From the NCBI RefSeq assembly GCF_009914755.1, contig NC_060938.1: a DNA stretch of 64,000 nt; one strand, given 5' to 3'. The position numbers were made by a program, and so were the translations under genes. Origin of the DNA: the human T2T-CHM13v2.0 reference genome, Homo sapiens. Within the stretch, counting starts at the first letter, position 1, and the number at the start of each line of letters is the position of its first letter. Below are positions 26,530 to 39,420 of this stretch, piece after piece. A model generated the notes under the pieces. It did not search any database and was not told the origin of the DNA. It saw nothing but the letters and a program-made list of their open reading frames with translations.

Positions 26530-29180
26530 TCTGGTAAAATGTATGAAAATAATAGCATAAAAGATAAGAGGAAAGAAATGGAAATATACTATTTTAAAAT
26601 TCTTATAGAAGGGTTATGTTATTAATGCATGTAGACTTTGATAATATATAGATACCTTAAGCAATAAATGAGGAATAACTAAAAGCTAATATAGTAGATT
26701 TTTAAAACTTAAAAATAAATAATAAATACACAGTCCAGAATTTAAAACAAATAAAGAAATAAAGAATTCATGGGTCAAAAGTAATGCAAATAGTAAAATT
26801 AAAATGGCAATATCAGTAAATAAATGCAAGTGAACTATACATTCCAATTAATAGGCAGGAATTTTCAGATGAGTATATAAGCAACAACCAACCCTACGTT
26901 ACCTACAAGAAATCCACTTTAAAAGCAAAGACAGATATAGATTTAAAAGGAATGGATAAAAAAACATAATCCATGAAAACACTAACTGTAAGAAAGCCAA
27001 ACAAGACACCAAGACAAAGTACAATGCCAGAGATAAAGATGGATATTTAATAATGCTAGTATAATCATCATTTATTAATGATAAACAGGTCAACATTTTA
27101 AGACCACATAACAATACTAAATGTATATATACAAAATAAAGTTTCAAAATACCTGAAAAAAACTGACAAAGTAAAAGGAGAAAGAGACAAATTCACAATC
27201 ATATTTGGAGACTGCACCCTCTGCTTTTTAATATTTGATAGAATAAGTAGATTTAGAACAATTCAGCAAGGAAAAAGAAAAGTTGAGCAACATTATGAAC
27301 CAAAAACCAACTTATAAAACTTAATGAATATTTATGGTACAAAGCACACATAATTTTCACCAAGATAGACTATATTCTGGGCTATAAACCAAACCTCAAT
27401 AATTTTGAAAACTGAATTAAGTGAAAAACAATAACAAAAAAGATATCTGTAAAGTTTTCACATTCACCAATATATTTTTAAATGACCCATGGATCAAAAC
27501 AGAAATCATAAGAGATAAAAGAAAATATTTTGAATAGAATTAAAATAAAAACCTTGTTTACAAAACTTTCAGGATGTAGCTAAAACTACATGCAGAGGGA
27601 AATTTAGAGCTCTAAATAACTATATTAAGAGGGAAATAGGATTTAAATTACTGACATAAGTTTTCACCTTAAGAAGCTAGAGAAAGAAGAACAAATTATA
27701 TCTAATGCACAATAACAAAAATAGTAAAAAAAAAATTCAAAAAGAAATGACAAAAAATAGGAAAAAAATGAGCAAATCAATGAAACCAAATGATGGTTCT
27801 TTGAAATGATGAGTAATAAAATTTATACCTTTGGTTAAATTGATCAAGAAAAGAAGATAGAAAGCAATATCAGACATAAAGGAGGGGACAGTTTGAAGAC
27901 TCATATCAAGAATGAAACAGGAGTTATCCTAAGCAAATTAAAAGGACCAAAGAATATAAAAACAATGGCAAATCTTAGATTAAATAGACAATTTCTTTAG
28001 ACACACAAGTTAGAAAAACTAACATAAAAAGAAATAGAAATTTTGAATAGCCCTACATCTATGTTTTTAAAAATTAAATTTATATTTAAAAGTCTTTCCA
28101 CAGAGAAAATTCTAAGCTTAGGTAGCATTGCCTGGTGAAGTCTATCAAAAATTCAAGGAATAAGTAATAAAATCAAATGTAAATTCTTTGGGAAAAATAT
28201 AGGAGGAGGCAAAACTTTCTAACTCTCTATTGACATTACTTTAGAATCAAAGCAGAAAGGGACATTACAAAAAATGTTAGAAAAATGTTAGCAAATCAAA
28301 TCCAACAATACATAAAAAAGATAATGCTTTACAACAAAGTGATTTGCCTTAGAAATGCAAAGTTGACTTAACATTAAAAGAAAATCAAAATAAAGGAAAA
28401 TCATTTATCATTTCAAAAGATGATAAAATATTTAACAAAACTTAGTACTTAGTCATGATAAAAACTCTCAAAAAATTAGAGAAAAAACAAAACCAGTTCA
28501 AACAAATAAAGGGAATCTATGAAAAAGATGCAGCTAACATGCTGTATGCTGAAATATTTAATTTCCGCTTTAAGACTGGGAGCAAGCCTAGGATGTGCAC
28601 TCTTACTACTTTTATTCAACATTGTACTAGCATTTCTAGTTCAAGCAATAAGCAAACAAACGATCCAAAAATGCACAAAAGATAAGAAAAGAAGAGGCAA
28701 AATTGTTTTTACTTGCAAATGATAAAATTAATTACATACGTTTTCCAAATAATTCAACAAAAAGAAAATATTAACAATGAAAGGTGATTTTTAACAAAAT
28801 TACAGAATATAAATTCAATATACAAGAATGAATTTTATATACTATGAGTGAATGATGGGCAATAAAATTATAAAAATATGATTTGCAATAGCATAAAACA
28901 CATAAAATATTTTGGAATAAATTAAATCAAATAGACACAAAACCTGTACACTGAAATCTACAAAATATTGAGGAAACAAATAAGACATAAATATAAAGGG
29001 AGATATACCATGCTCATGTACTAAAACAATTAATATTTGTAAGATTGACTAGAAAGTAGTATGAGACAACTATCTGTGGTGATGGATGTTGAAGGGATTA
29101 TGAGTTACATGGGTGTACACATTAGTCAAAATTCAGTGAAACACACAAGGTTTATGCATTTCACCACATGTAAATTATGA
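26530..29180 (+). mobile_element. old L1M LINE: decayed ORF2 (EN and RT regions) joined to a 3' UTR piece
   Basis: A-rich strand with L1 landmarks acctacaagaaatccacttta, caccaagatagactatattctggg, gaaaccaaatgatggttctttgaaa, tcaacattgtactag, gatataccatgctcatg; many stops and deletions. Confidence 0.9.
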
Positions 29181-29557
29181 GCACTGTTTTGTTCCCACAT
29201 CATCCCGTATACCTTAATATCTGGAGGCTGGGTGGATGTCCTCTTTACTTCCCAATGCTCTTTCCAAATCATCTCCTTTCCTTCCTTCCACAAGATAAAT
29301 CTTCAAAATATGTATGATTCGATTTTACTATTATTTTTCTTGTTGCTGTCATCTATTAATGACCTATGGCTCCCTATTATTCATTAATTATTTTCGTAAG
29401 TGGCTCCAGTCATCATTCATAATAACATTAACACCATGTTGCTAACTCATGTAATGCTAAGGCCTGTTATTCCTTGTGCATCCTTTAATAAGGATGTTAT
29501 TTAATAAGGATCTTTAATAAGGATCTCTTTCCTTGTGCATACCTTTAATAAGGCAGA

Positions 29558-29705
29558 CATCCTCAGTACTACGTACAAATTTATTAGAAATGTAAATCTT
29601 CAGACACTAAATCAGAAACTCTAGGTCAGTGAGGTTCAGCAATCTGTGTTTTCACAAGTCCTTCCTGTGGTTCTGATACACACTGAAGTCTGAGAATGGC
29701 TGTTG
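29558..29705. mobile_element. MER5A fragment
   Basis: ttagaaatgtaaat...aaatcagaaactct...cagcaatctgtgttttcacaag...ttctgatacacactgaagtctgagaa. Confidence 0.75.
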
Positions 29706-29949
29706 TAAGGAACTTACCCTTCACTCTATTTTAGGTATCTATGTACATGTTCCTGTCTTTAAATTGTCATCTCCAACAGCTTCACCATCTCTGAATCAAC
29801 TTCAAGCCATTCAACACTCTCTGGCTACATCTCTAAGCTTCCAGTTCATTCCAGTCTTCCCAGTCCAGAAATTCTGCAGTGTCTTTGAGTACTCCAGTCC
29901 ATTTTTCCTACCACTTATTTTATATCTGTTACTGATGGTAATCATTAAA

Positions 29950-30299
29950 ATTATTTCACCAATTTCAGACTATTCTCCTTTCCAAAACACAGTAGAACTA
30001 ACTGCTCCCTGACCACCTCTTAAAATTAGATGGAGCCTTGTGATTTGAAATTTGAAATGTAAGCAGAAGTGATATGTGACATTTTAACTGCCAATGCATG
30101 TCACTTACCCTTTTCCCCTCCTGTTGCAGTGGTTGTGGAAGCCATTATCAAAATGGAGCCTTAGCCCAAGTCCCTGAGTGACCACAATGATCAGAGACCA
30201 CTTCAACCTCCTTAAGAAATTAACTTTTGTTTTGACAAGCCATTGAGATTTGGGGCTTGTTCCTTATCACGGCATAACCTAGCCTGTTCTGGTTGGTAC
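29950..30299 (+). mobile_element. MLT1J-like LTR
   Basis: gaaatgtaagcagaagtgatatgtgaca; gtccctgagtgaccac; aagccattgagatttgggg...gcataacctagcc. Confidence 0.7.
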
Positions 30300-30423
30300 G
30301 GTCTCTCACTAGATACAATTTCTCTCACCATGACCTTAAGGATCCCTTGAAGGCAGACTGCTTTCTCTTGCCCTTTCTCTATTCATCAGATTTCCTTTGT
30401 AACCCTACCTCTCTTCCAAACCT

Positions 30424-30758
30424 TGTTCATTAGTCAGGGGTCTCCAGAGAGACAGAAACAATAGTATGTACATATATACAGATTTATTTTAAGGAACTCG
30501 CTCACAGAATTGTGGATGTTGGCAAGTCCAAAATCTGCAGAATAGGCCAGCAGGCCGGGGAGATCAGCTTTTCGTATTAAGGCCTTCAACTGATGCGGTC
30601 GACTCACACATTATGGAGGGCAATCTGCTTTTCTCAGTCTATCAATTTAAATGTTAACCTCATCTAAAAAATTCCTTCACTGCAAACATTTAGAGTAATG
30701 CTTGATCAAGTATCTGGGTGAATGGCCCAGACAAATGGACACATAAAATTAACCATAA
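30424..30758 (-). mobile_element. MLT2D-like ERVL LTR
   Basis: ttagtcaggggtctccagagagacagaa...aaggccttcaactga...cacattatggagggcaatctgcttt...gacacataaaattaaccat. Confidence 0.85.
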
Positions 30759-33700
30759 TACCTAGTTATGCCCAACTGCTTACCTTCTTTGTATCTGCTC
30801 CCCAGAAGCTGCTTGTGGCTGGAAAATGTTACAAAACGGTGTTGAGTGGACACATCAATAAATGACCACACATCTGAAATGCATTTAATCCAACCAGATG
30901 ATTCTTCTACATTTTCTAAGTAAATTTTTCTTCCCAAATCTAGACATGATTATTTCACAGCTTCTCTTTCCTCAGGCACACTGTCTACGGTCTACTGATG
31001 ACCTCTCCTTACATCAAAGAGAGATTTAGTTGGAGAGTTTATATCCGATTGCATTTATCTTTGATGCATTCAGATATGAAGTCCCCAACTGAATTTTCCC
31101 AGTGATCCTAGCTGTTGTCTTTATGTACAAGCCCTGACTTCCACCCTGTTGACGGAGTAACCACCGCAACTCATCCCAAAGACAAACTCCCCTATTTACG
31201 ATCTCTATCTCATATGTTCTTGCTTTCTCAAGAACTGTATGCCTCCAGTTTTTCTCATTTTATTCAGTATCATCAATTTTTCCTTCTCTGCTGGATCATT
31301 CTCATAAGCTTACAAATTTGCTACAAAATTATCCATCCAAAATAAAATTCCCCATGCCCTGACATCCTCTTCAACTACCATGCCATTTTTCAGGTTCATA
31401 GCAACACTTCCCCCTCTGTAACCAAGAATTTTCCACAATTTGAGTGCAACTGCCCCTACCCCCTACTTTTTCCTTAATGGACCATTCACTTGTCATTTCT
31501 TTGGAGAGGTCCTCAGATCCTGTCCAAACTAAAGCAACTCCCTTCCATTGCTATCACGCTACTTTATTTTTCCTCTTCACAGAAGTTAGTAGTAGTAGCA
31601 GTATGTTTCTATCTACTTAGTTTTTTATTTGTGCACATGTTTTTATCTGTCCCAGCCCATGAGAATGTAAGTGGATTGAGAGCAAGTCCTGAAGCTGCAT
31701 ACACAACTCCTCACTGCCTGCCACCAACCTATGTATTGCCTGGCTTATGGCCACTGTTTCTAAGCAAATTGCAACCAGCGTGAATTCTTACCAAGAAGAG
31801 AAACAGTGCTATTGGAGCATCCAAGTCTGCAGAAATGTAGTTTTCACTAAAAACAGCACTTAACAATTTACATAACAAAGCAGGATATTTAACTTCTGAG
31901 TCTAACACACCTGCTTTCTTAGATTTGCCCATGAATACCGAGGAGGGTGTTTGCTTAATATTCTTCCCTGTGTAGAGATTGCTTCCAAGCCACAAAGCAA
32001 CCTCCACCAAGGGCTGACCCCAGCCTCCACATCTTGGGGAAGGGGAGATGCCTATAGTTTTGAAATAGTTTTTTGTTTGTTTGTTTTTTGTTTTTTCTTT
32101 TCTCTCTGTCTTATTGTCCTCATTTTGGTTTTGTTTTTTTCTGCTACCCCACCCATCAAGGTAACCAAAAAAATTTTTTTTGCATCCTAATTCTAGGCAT
32201 GGCACCCTAAAGCTAAATTTTCCACATGTTTATATTGTTTCCTTGGGATAATTGTCCAGATGCAGGTCTGCAGGGTACAAGGGTATGCATTTTTTTAAAG
32301 GTTTTGAAACACAATGCCAAATTGCCCTCCAGAAAAGCAGAAACTGTTTATCCTCTCCCAAGCCGGAGATGTGGGGGCCTAGCACCTCATGGCCCTGCCT
32401 ATGCTATGCATTATTTTTCCCAGGCTTTCCAATTTTAACATCAGGGTGTCTCTTCCTCTTGCAGGGGAAGGGCAAAGTTGGCTGGTGCCAGCTCTCCTCT
32501 TTCCACAGGTGTTGAGCCCCTTCCTGACACCTCAATCATGCCACCCATGCGTATTTGGTAGAAGGCAACCCAAAGCACCTTTAAGCCTCCCTTTCCAGGG
32601 CTCTGAGTAGCTTGTAAAACTTGGGCTTTCCAATTGGGACTCCCCCTCTCTCAGAATGTATGAGGTTGGGAGGCACACTCTCCACCACAGGATCCCTGAT
32701 CCTCCACTCTCTCCACTTCTAATACCATATCCTCCCAGCAGCTTCCACAATAATGGACACATTTTCAGCTTTCTCAGGTCGGGCAACTTATCAAAGAGAA
32801 CTCGGTGGGCTCACGCAGAGCTGCAAGTGAATCTTAGCAGCTTCCTGCACAAGTACATCATGCAGGGACTTGTGCTCCATTTTCGTGGATTATGGGCTCC
32901 GCCAGTCCCTGGGAAATGAAGTTACTATCCAATATATGCAGCTCTGCTGAGCTGTTGAAACTTTCTAAGGCAAACAGATTTTCTTCTTTTATTTCTCTCC
33001 AAAGTTTATTATCATTTTGGGGAGGATGGAGATGGAACGCACAATTCAATGCCACCAGAATGTATAGGGCTAAGTAAATCTGCAACGTTGTTATTAGCTG
33101 TAAGATAAAAAAAAAAAGTGATGGAACCACATGCATCTAATTTAACCTACCTTGTTCCCATCAGGTGGTTAATCTCCGCACTGTTCTCACGAGCACGTTA
33201 TTAATAATAATAGTAACAGCATGCCCCAATGGAGCACAGTATGTGCCAGGACACACAGGGAGGGCTTTTATAAGCATTGTTTGGTATAATCCTCATGGTA
33301 TTATTAAACATTAGCCATCTGCATTTTGCCCACGAAGAAACTGAGGCTTGCAAAACATGAATCATAGGTTTTAAGTTTTCACGATTCAATGTGGAATTCC
33401 AAAGATCACTAGCCTGAGTGTCACTTACTATGGGGTCTGTGGCACATGTAGTCTCAGGCTCATCCCAAACCTGGAAAATCAGAACCTTCATTTTAAAAAG
33501 ATGCTTGGATGATTCATGAGCACATTACAGTGTGCAAAACAGTAATTGAAATTGCACGGCTAATCAGGAGAGCACCTGGGATTTGAACCCCTGTCTCACG
33601 GATGCCCAGCTTTCTTTCTATCATACGGTGCCATCTTTCATATAGTAGCAAAATGGAGAGAGAAATTCTCTAGCATCTATAAAGGAGCTATTATTGTGTG

Positions 33701-34881
33701 ACTATACTACCATTATCTTGCTGGTGTGTGTGTGCATGTGTGATTGTTTATTCTCTGTCTATCAGTGTGGGAATATAGCCACTGATGTAGTAATATCTCT
33801 GCTGTAATGGGGTAGGAAAATAAAGGTGCTTTCATGAATAGAGAATGCCTGTCTGTCGCATGTTCATCTGTGACACTAAAGGATTATTTACCTATCATTA
33901 AGATACAAATGCTTTATCTGGTACTATTTTGCCTGTAGCAGAAATCGTATTAAACGTGCAGACTATTATCCTGTCCATCCATTGAGGTGCGTTCCAACCC
34001 TATGTAATATAATATAAATGATGAAAAATAAATCCAAGGCAATTTGTCAAGCAACCTCCCCATTCTCACTCCCCTGCCCTTACCTGATTTTGACGGAAGG
34101 AACAAAATCCAGCACGCCTTGCACAATATGGATCTTCTTTAACGTCTCTGCCTGGCTCAGTGTGGAATTCGTAGGGCAAAGTTAGAGCAAGCATTTAGGA
34201 AGTTTTTATTATTTATTTAAAAAATCATATTCTTCATAATGAGCCCCTCACTGGCATCCCTGCCAGTCTAGGTCATGCATCTCCCAGCATCACTGCTTCT
34301 CTGCCTCCTAAACAACTCCCCACGTCCCCCTGTCTCCTGCAAGGTCACACTCTGGTATGGCAAGGTTTAACAGAGGTATTTGTACTGTGAATTCTGCCTA
34401 GCCTTTTTGTCTGCCTGTTTTATTTATTTTCAACTTTCAGCACATTAGTGTTCACTTACAGAAACACCAGAAAGCAATCTCTTTTTTAATAATAAATATA
34501 CTCAGCGAGGAAATGTTGGTGCCTTATTTTCCATATTGTCTAACAACAACAACAAAAAAGTCAGACAACATATTTCCTTTTATTGAACGCTTATTAGCAT
34601 CTTGGAAACTGTATATAAAGTAACTGGGCCCACAGACAGCACTCTGATATTGGTGTTAGGAAACCCATTTTGTAGTTAAGAAAATTGATGCTTACATTTC
34701 ACTGATAAAACAAAAGTTAGAATCTTTGAATATGATTTTTTGTATTTACATCAACAGTCCCAAGGAAATTTGTATTCTTCTTCCCATGCAAAGCAGAAAT
34801 GTTCCTTGTTGAACCCAAACTATTTATGTATCAATATATTTATTTATTTATGTATTTATGTCAGTCTTACTACTTTGGGTG

Positions 34882-35076
34882 TTTTATTTATTTATTTATT
34901 TTTGAGACAGGGTCTCACTCTGTCACCCAGCCTGGAGTGCAGCAGCTCATGCCTGTAGTCCCAGCTACTCAGGAGGCTGAGGCATGAGAATCACTTGAAC
35001 CCTGGAGGTGGAAGTTGCAATGAGCTGAGATTGTGCCACTGTACTGCAGCCTGGATGACAAAGCGGACTCTGTCTC
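34882..35076. mobile_element. chimeric Alu: minus-strand Alu 3' tail (34882-34942) fused to a plus-strand Alu right arm (34945-35076)
   Basis: (TTTA)n-gagacagggtctcactctgtcacccagcctggagtgcag followed at once by gctcatgcctgtagtcccagctactc...gactctgtctc. Confidence 0.9.
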
Positions 35077-35080
35077 TCTG

Positions 35081-35153
<73 letters not shown>

Positions 35154-35160
35154 TATATAT
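35071..35160. repeat. compound (TC)n(CA)n(TA)n microsatellite in place of the Alu A-tail
   Basis: Direct reading. Confidence 0.92.
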
Positions 35161-35419
35161 AGTGTTGTTGGCTATTAGGGAATTTTGAGCAAGCAGGAAT
35201 GACAAAAAGCACTTGAAAATACAAACTCTTGGCACAAGTAGGTGGACAGCAGAATTTATATGCTGGACTCTTGGGATATGAAGCAACAGGGCTTTATCCT
35301 GCATTAGGAGAAAAGTCCGTGGGAGACTGACAACAAGGGGGTGGACTCTGGCTCTTCTGCATTGCTCCCACCATGAAGAGGGGATTCGCTTTGTGGATCA
35401 GAATTCCTGAGAATACTGA

Positions 35420-35769
35420 TGTGATGCTTAATACTGAGTGTTGGCTTGACTGGATTGAAGGATACAAAGTATTGATCCTCAGGCTGCCTGTGAAGGTGTG
35501 GCTAAAAGAGATAGAGTCAGTGGGCTGGGAAATGCAGATCCACCCTTAATCTGGTGGGCACAATCAAATCAGCTGCCAGTGAATATAAAGCAGGCAGAAA
35601 AATATGAAAAGGAGAGACAGGCCTAGCCTCCCAGCCTACATCTTTCTCCCGTGCTTGATGCTTCCTGACCTTGAACAGTGAACTCCAAGTTCTTCGGTTC
35701 TTTCAACTTGCAAAAAACCTATTGTGGGACCTTGTGATCGTGTAAGTTAATACTTAACAAACTCCCCTT

Positions 35770-35830
<61 letters not shown>

Positions 35831-35870
35831 CTATTATTTCTGCCCCACTAAGAGAACCCTGACTAATACA
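35420..35870 (+). mobile_element. MLT2A1 (HERV-L) solo LTR with internal (TA)27
   Basis: tgtgatgcttaatactgagtg...gaatataaagcaggcagaaaaa...ctagcctcccagcctacatctttctcccgtg...gagaaccctgactaataca; (TA) run at 35773-35826. Confidence 0.9.
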
Positions 35871-35894
35871 CCTAGCTTTAGCAATGTTAGAGAC

Positions 35895-36090
35895 AGTGGT
35901 GTTCTAAGAAAGAGAGACAAAAACCAAACAGTCTTGATTGTAGCCTTGACTAATTTCTATGGTGTAAAACCTTCTACCATGCCTGATTTCAAGCCATCAA
36001 TGGGACATCGCTCAACACGGATCTGTAAAGAGATGTCTGCAGTGGCTCCCGGGAGTGGGTGTGCCCTGGGCAGCCCCTGGCTCCCCGCCA
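35895..36090 (-). mobile_element. MER63-like DNA transposon
   Basis: tgattgtagcc...aatttctatggtgtaaa...accatgcctgatttcaagc...aagagatgt. Confidence 0.65.
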
Positions 36091-36129
36091 GGTTGGAGCG
36101 TTTTTAGTCTACTCTCCTGGGTAGCATCT

Positions 36130-36568
36130 TGTGTTAGAGTTCTCCAGGAAGCAGATACAAAAACTACATCTGAACTGTAGGAGATTTATCAAGAGGAATG
36201 CCAGGAAGGATAAAGGGGAGAGGGAGAAGTAGGAGGGAGATTTGTGGGTCTGATACCTGTGAGAGGAGAGAGAGAAAGGAGGAAGGTAGATTAGGAAGCG
36301 CCACAGGCTGCAGAGCAGTTCTGAGAAAGGCATGGATTCCCTCTTAGGGACATTCTGTTAGAGGCCGAAAAAGGCCTGGCTCTATCCCCTCAGTCAAATC
36401 TAATTATTAGCTGGAGCAGCTCAGGGAGTGATGGCTTTGTTGTGAGCCCCGTGGAAGATTCTGGATCTTGAGGGCATGGCCGCTGGAGGCTGTTGGCTAC
36501 TTACATCCCTCACAGAAGGTTCTATGTTGGAAGAAGATCTGAGGAGCCCAGATCTGAAGCTGTGCTAC
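36130..36568 (-). mobile_element. LTR16-family ERVL LTR
   Basis: gttctccaggaagcagata...gatttat...ggataaaggggag; ggtctgatacctgtgagaggagag; ctgcagagcagttctgagaaag; gaagatctgag. Confidence 0.7.
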
Positions 36569-37883
36569 TTCAGCTGGTAACATATCTGAAACCAGAAAGG
36601 ATCAAATACGAAGGCAGTCTGGCGTGGAAGGCCTCAGACTGCCTGTACCAGAATCTAAACACTTATTAGCACTATATAAACATATAGACTTCTAAGATCT
36701 TTTGACCTGTGGAATCAGACAATTTTGGAAAAGCTACAATTTTTAATAAACTTCCTAGGTAATTTTTTTTTCATCAAAGCTCAGTAGAACAAAACCTGGC
36801 TTTGCAGTCAGATCTTGCTGTGTCATATTGAAAGAAAAAAAGGTACTTCAATTCCCTAACTGCAATTTCTTTATCTACAAAGTGGACATAATAATAAAGT
36901 GATGATCGGGATTTTAGTTTTTATTTTAATCTTTTTATTTCTGATAATAACTAGATGATAGGAATAATTATCTCTTAGTCATTGTCTGTGACAACAAATC
37001 TCACTGTAATCTCCTATCTGCAGTTGCATTCAGATCATCCAGAATTGTACAAGTCACTAGGAGGCAGGTTCTTAAGTGTTTCTCCTGATGGCTATTGGCC
37101 TGAGAAAACCAGACCTGCACTAAAAATTATGCAAGTTTTAGAAGGATTGTCCTGTGAGGTAACACAGTTGCAGTGGAAAGGACACATTTGTTGGAGCCAA
37201 ATATGACCAATTTTTTAAACTTTCTGAGTCTGACTTTTCCCCTTTGTTACATTGTTACGCCACCTCTGAATTATCTCTTCCCCTTTGAGAAATGAGAAGA
37301 AATCATGATATATTAACACAGGTGCATTCTTTTTATGTGCTAATCCCATTGCTCAGATTCTGTGCTGAGGAAATAATGGAGAATGTTGATTTGCCTTCTA
37401 CCAAGATGTTCATTACAGGATTGTAAACATTGTTGAAAACAAACAAACAACTCAGGCAAAATTCAATTGTCTAATAATAAAATAATAATGATTAACTTAT
37501 TCACAATACTGATAACTGTCTTCCATCCCAGAGACTGAGTGATTTAGTCTTGGGAGAGGAGGTTCCCAGGCACTGAAGTTTTACAAAAATTCCCCCCACC
37601 CCATTCCAATGTGCAGAATCCCAAATGTGATTGAATGTTTTGAAACCGTGAAAACCATGTTATCAAGCATTTATTATTGCATGTAAGTACTTATATTATT
37701 AAGAAAAATAACAAAAAATACCCACGATGTCAAAATATATGCACAGGTAAAAGAACAGAAGGAAATAGAATACAAGGCGATCTATGGTTGTTTCTAAGCG
37801 ATGATATTTTTTCTTCTTACTTTTCTGCATTTGAAAACTTTCTTCCATGGGCATGTAAAACCTTACTTAAGATTATAATAACA

Positions 37884-38570
37884 TTTCCGCAACCTCGCCA
37901 ACATCAGTTGTTTCTTGACCTTTTAACAATCGCCATTCTGACTGGCGTGAGATGGTACCTCATTGTGGTTTTTGGGAGACACTGTGGCGATTCCTCAAAG
38001 ATCTAGAATCAGAAATACCATTTGATCCAGCAATCCCATTACTGAGTATATGCCCAAAGGAATATACATCATACTATTACAAAGATACATGCACGCATAT
38101 GTTTATTGGAACACTATTCACAACAGCAAAGACATGGAATCAACCCAAATGCCCATTAATGATAGACTGGATAAAGAAAATGTGGTACATATACACCATG
38201 GAATACTATGCAGCCATAAAAAAAACAAGATCATGTCCTTTGCAGGGACGTGGAACATGGGTGGAGCTGGAAGCCATTATCCTCAGCATAGTAATGCAGG
38301 GACAGAAAACCAAACACCGCATGTTCTCACTTATAAGTGGGAGCTGAACAATAAGAACACACGGACACAGGGAGGGGAAAAACACACATGGAGTCCTGTT
38401 GTGAGGTGTAGCGGGAGGGAGATCATTAGGAAAAAGAGCTAATGTACGCTGGGCTTCATATCTAGGTGATGGGTTGATAGGTGCAGCAAACCACCATGGC
38501 ACACATTTACCTATGTAACAAACCTGCACACCCTGCAAATGTACCCCAGAACTTAAAAATAAAAATTAAA
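37884..38570 (+). mobile_element. L1PA (about PA8-PA13) 3' end with 5' inversion (37884-37972 antisense, 37973-38570 sense)
   Basis: ORF 37952..38347 gives an L1 ORF2 C-terminal peptide LWRFLKDLESEIPFDPAIPLL; 3' UTR and A-tail present; the upstream 89 bp is antisense L1. Confidence 0.92.
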
Positions 38571-38899
38571 GCAAACAAACAAGTGTGCATAGAGTACACA
38601 ATCAGCCATAGGCAGATAATCCCACTCTCTACTAAAAAGTCCACGTTAGCCCCTCCTCTTCAGTCCTCTACCTTCCCTGTTAGTAGTCATTCTCCCAAGT
38701 TCAACAGCTTCTCCCTAAGAGAAACCATGACTTTTTATAGCTATATCTCCAGCTACTGGTACAGAATTTCGCATAGAGGTGGCACTTAATGACTATTTGT
38801 TAAATGAATAAGTAGGTGGCACCTGGCATTTAAATGGTACTTAAATCACATGCTTCATCATTTCATAACTGAGACGTAATAAACACTACAGATCCTTTC

Positions 38900-39420
38900 T
38901 CAGGATGTGCGTTCATAGCGACAGGTTCCAGATACAGTGAGGCTGCTTATCCATTCTATTGGTTGGAGTGTGATTTTTAATGTGTCTATAAAGAGTGGTT
39001 TTCAAATTTAATTGCAGTGCCGTCCCTTCACACTCTCCCTTATCTTTGACCGCACTTTCCTCTTGGTGCTCAGCCTGGATTTTATGGCCCTTCCACACAT
39101 AATAAAGCATCCCAACAACTTTTTCACGTCATCTTCAATGAGTTCAGAAAATGCAACAGTTTGCACTCTCCTCCGTTCACAGTTTATGGCTTCTGCTTTC
39201 ATTCTACAAGGCTAAAGCGAATCGTGTGATAAATGTCTGTCCTATGACCGTGAGTGTGATAAAGTGTTTCCTTCCAAGTTCTCCTTGCCCATTGTAACTT
39301 ACGAAGCCAGAGAAAAGAGCATTCCAAGACATCCTTCGTTTTCCTTCTTAATTCTACCAAATTTTCCAACATCAAGATTTCTGCTGTCACCCCATCCCAA
39401 CCTCCATGCAATTAAACTTC
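38900..39420 (-). mobile_element. possible ancient pogo/Tigger-type transposase remnant
   Basis: Minus-strand peptides WDGVTAEI[frameshift]CWKIW and FSELIEDDVKKLL resemble, in the right order, Tigger/TIGD C-terminal motifs. Confidence 0.4.

Noticed and set aside
31729-32205. Longest ORF in the track (158 aa)
   Set aside because: Runs through a T-rich low-complexity tract (giving K/N/Q/E runs); no domain similarity or exon structure.
37952-38347. 131-aa ORF with recognisable protein sequence
   Set aside because: Decayed L1 ORF2 C-terminus and 3' UTR read across an inversion junction; not a gene.
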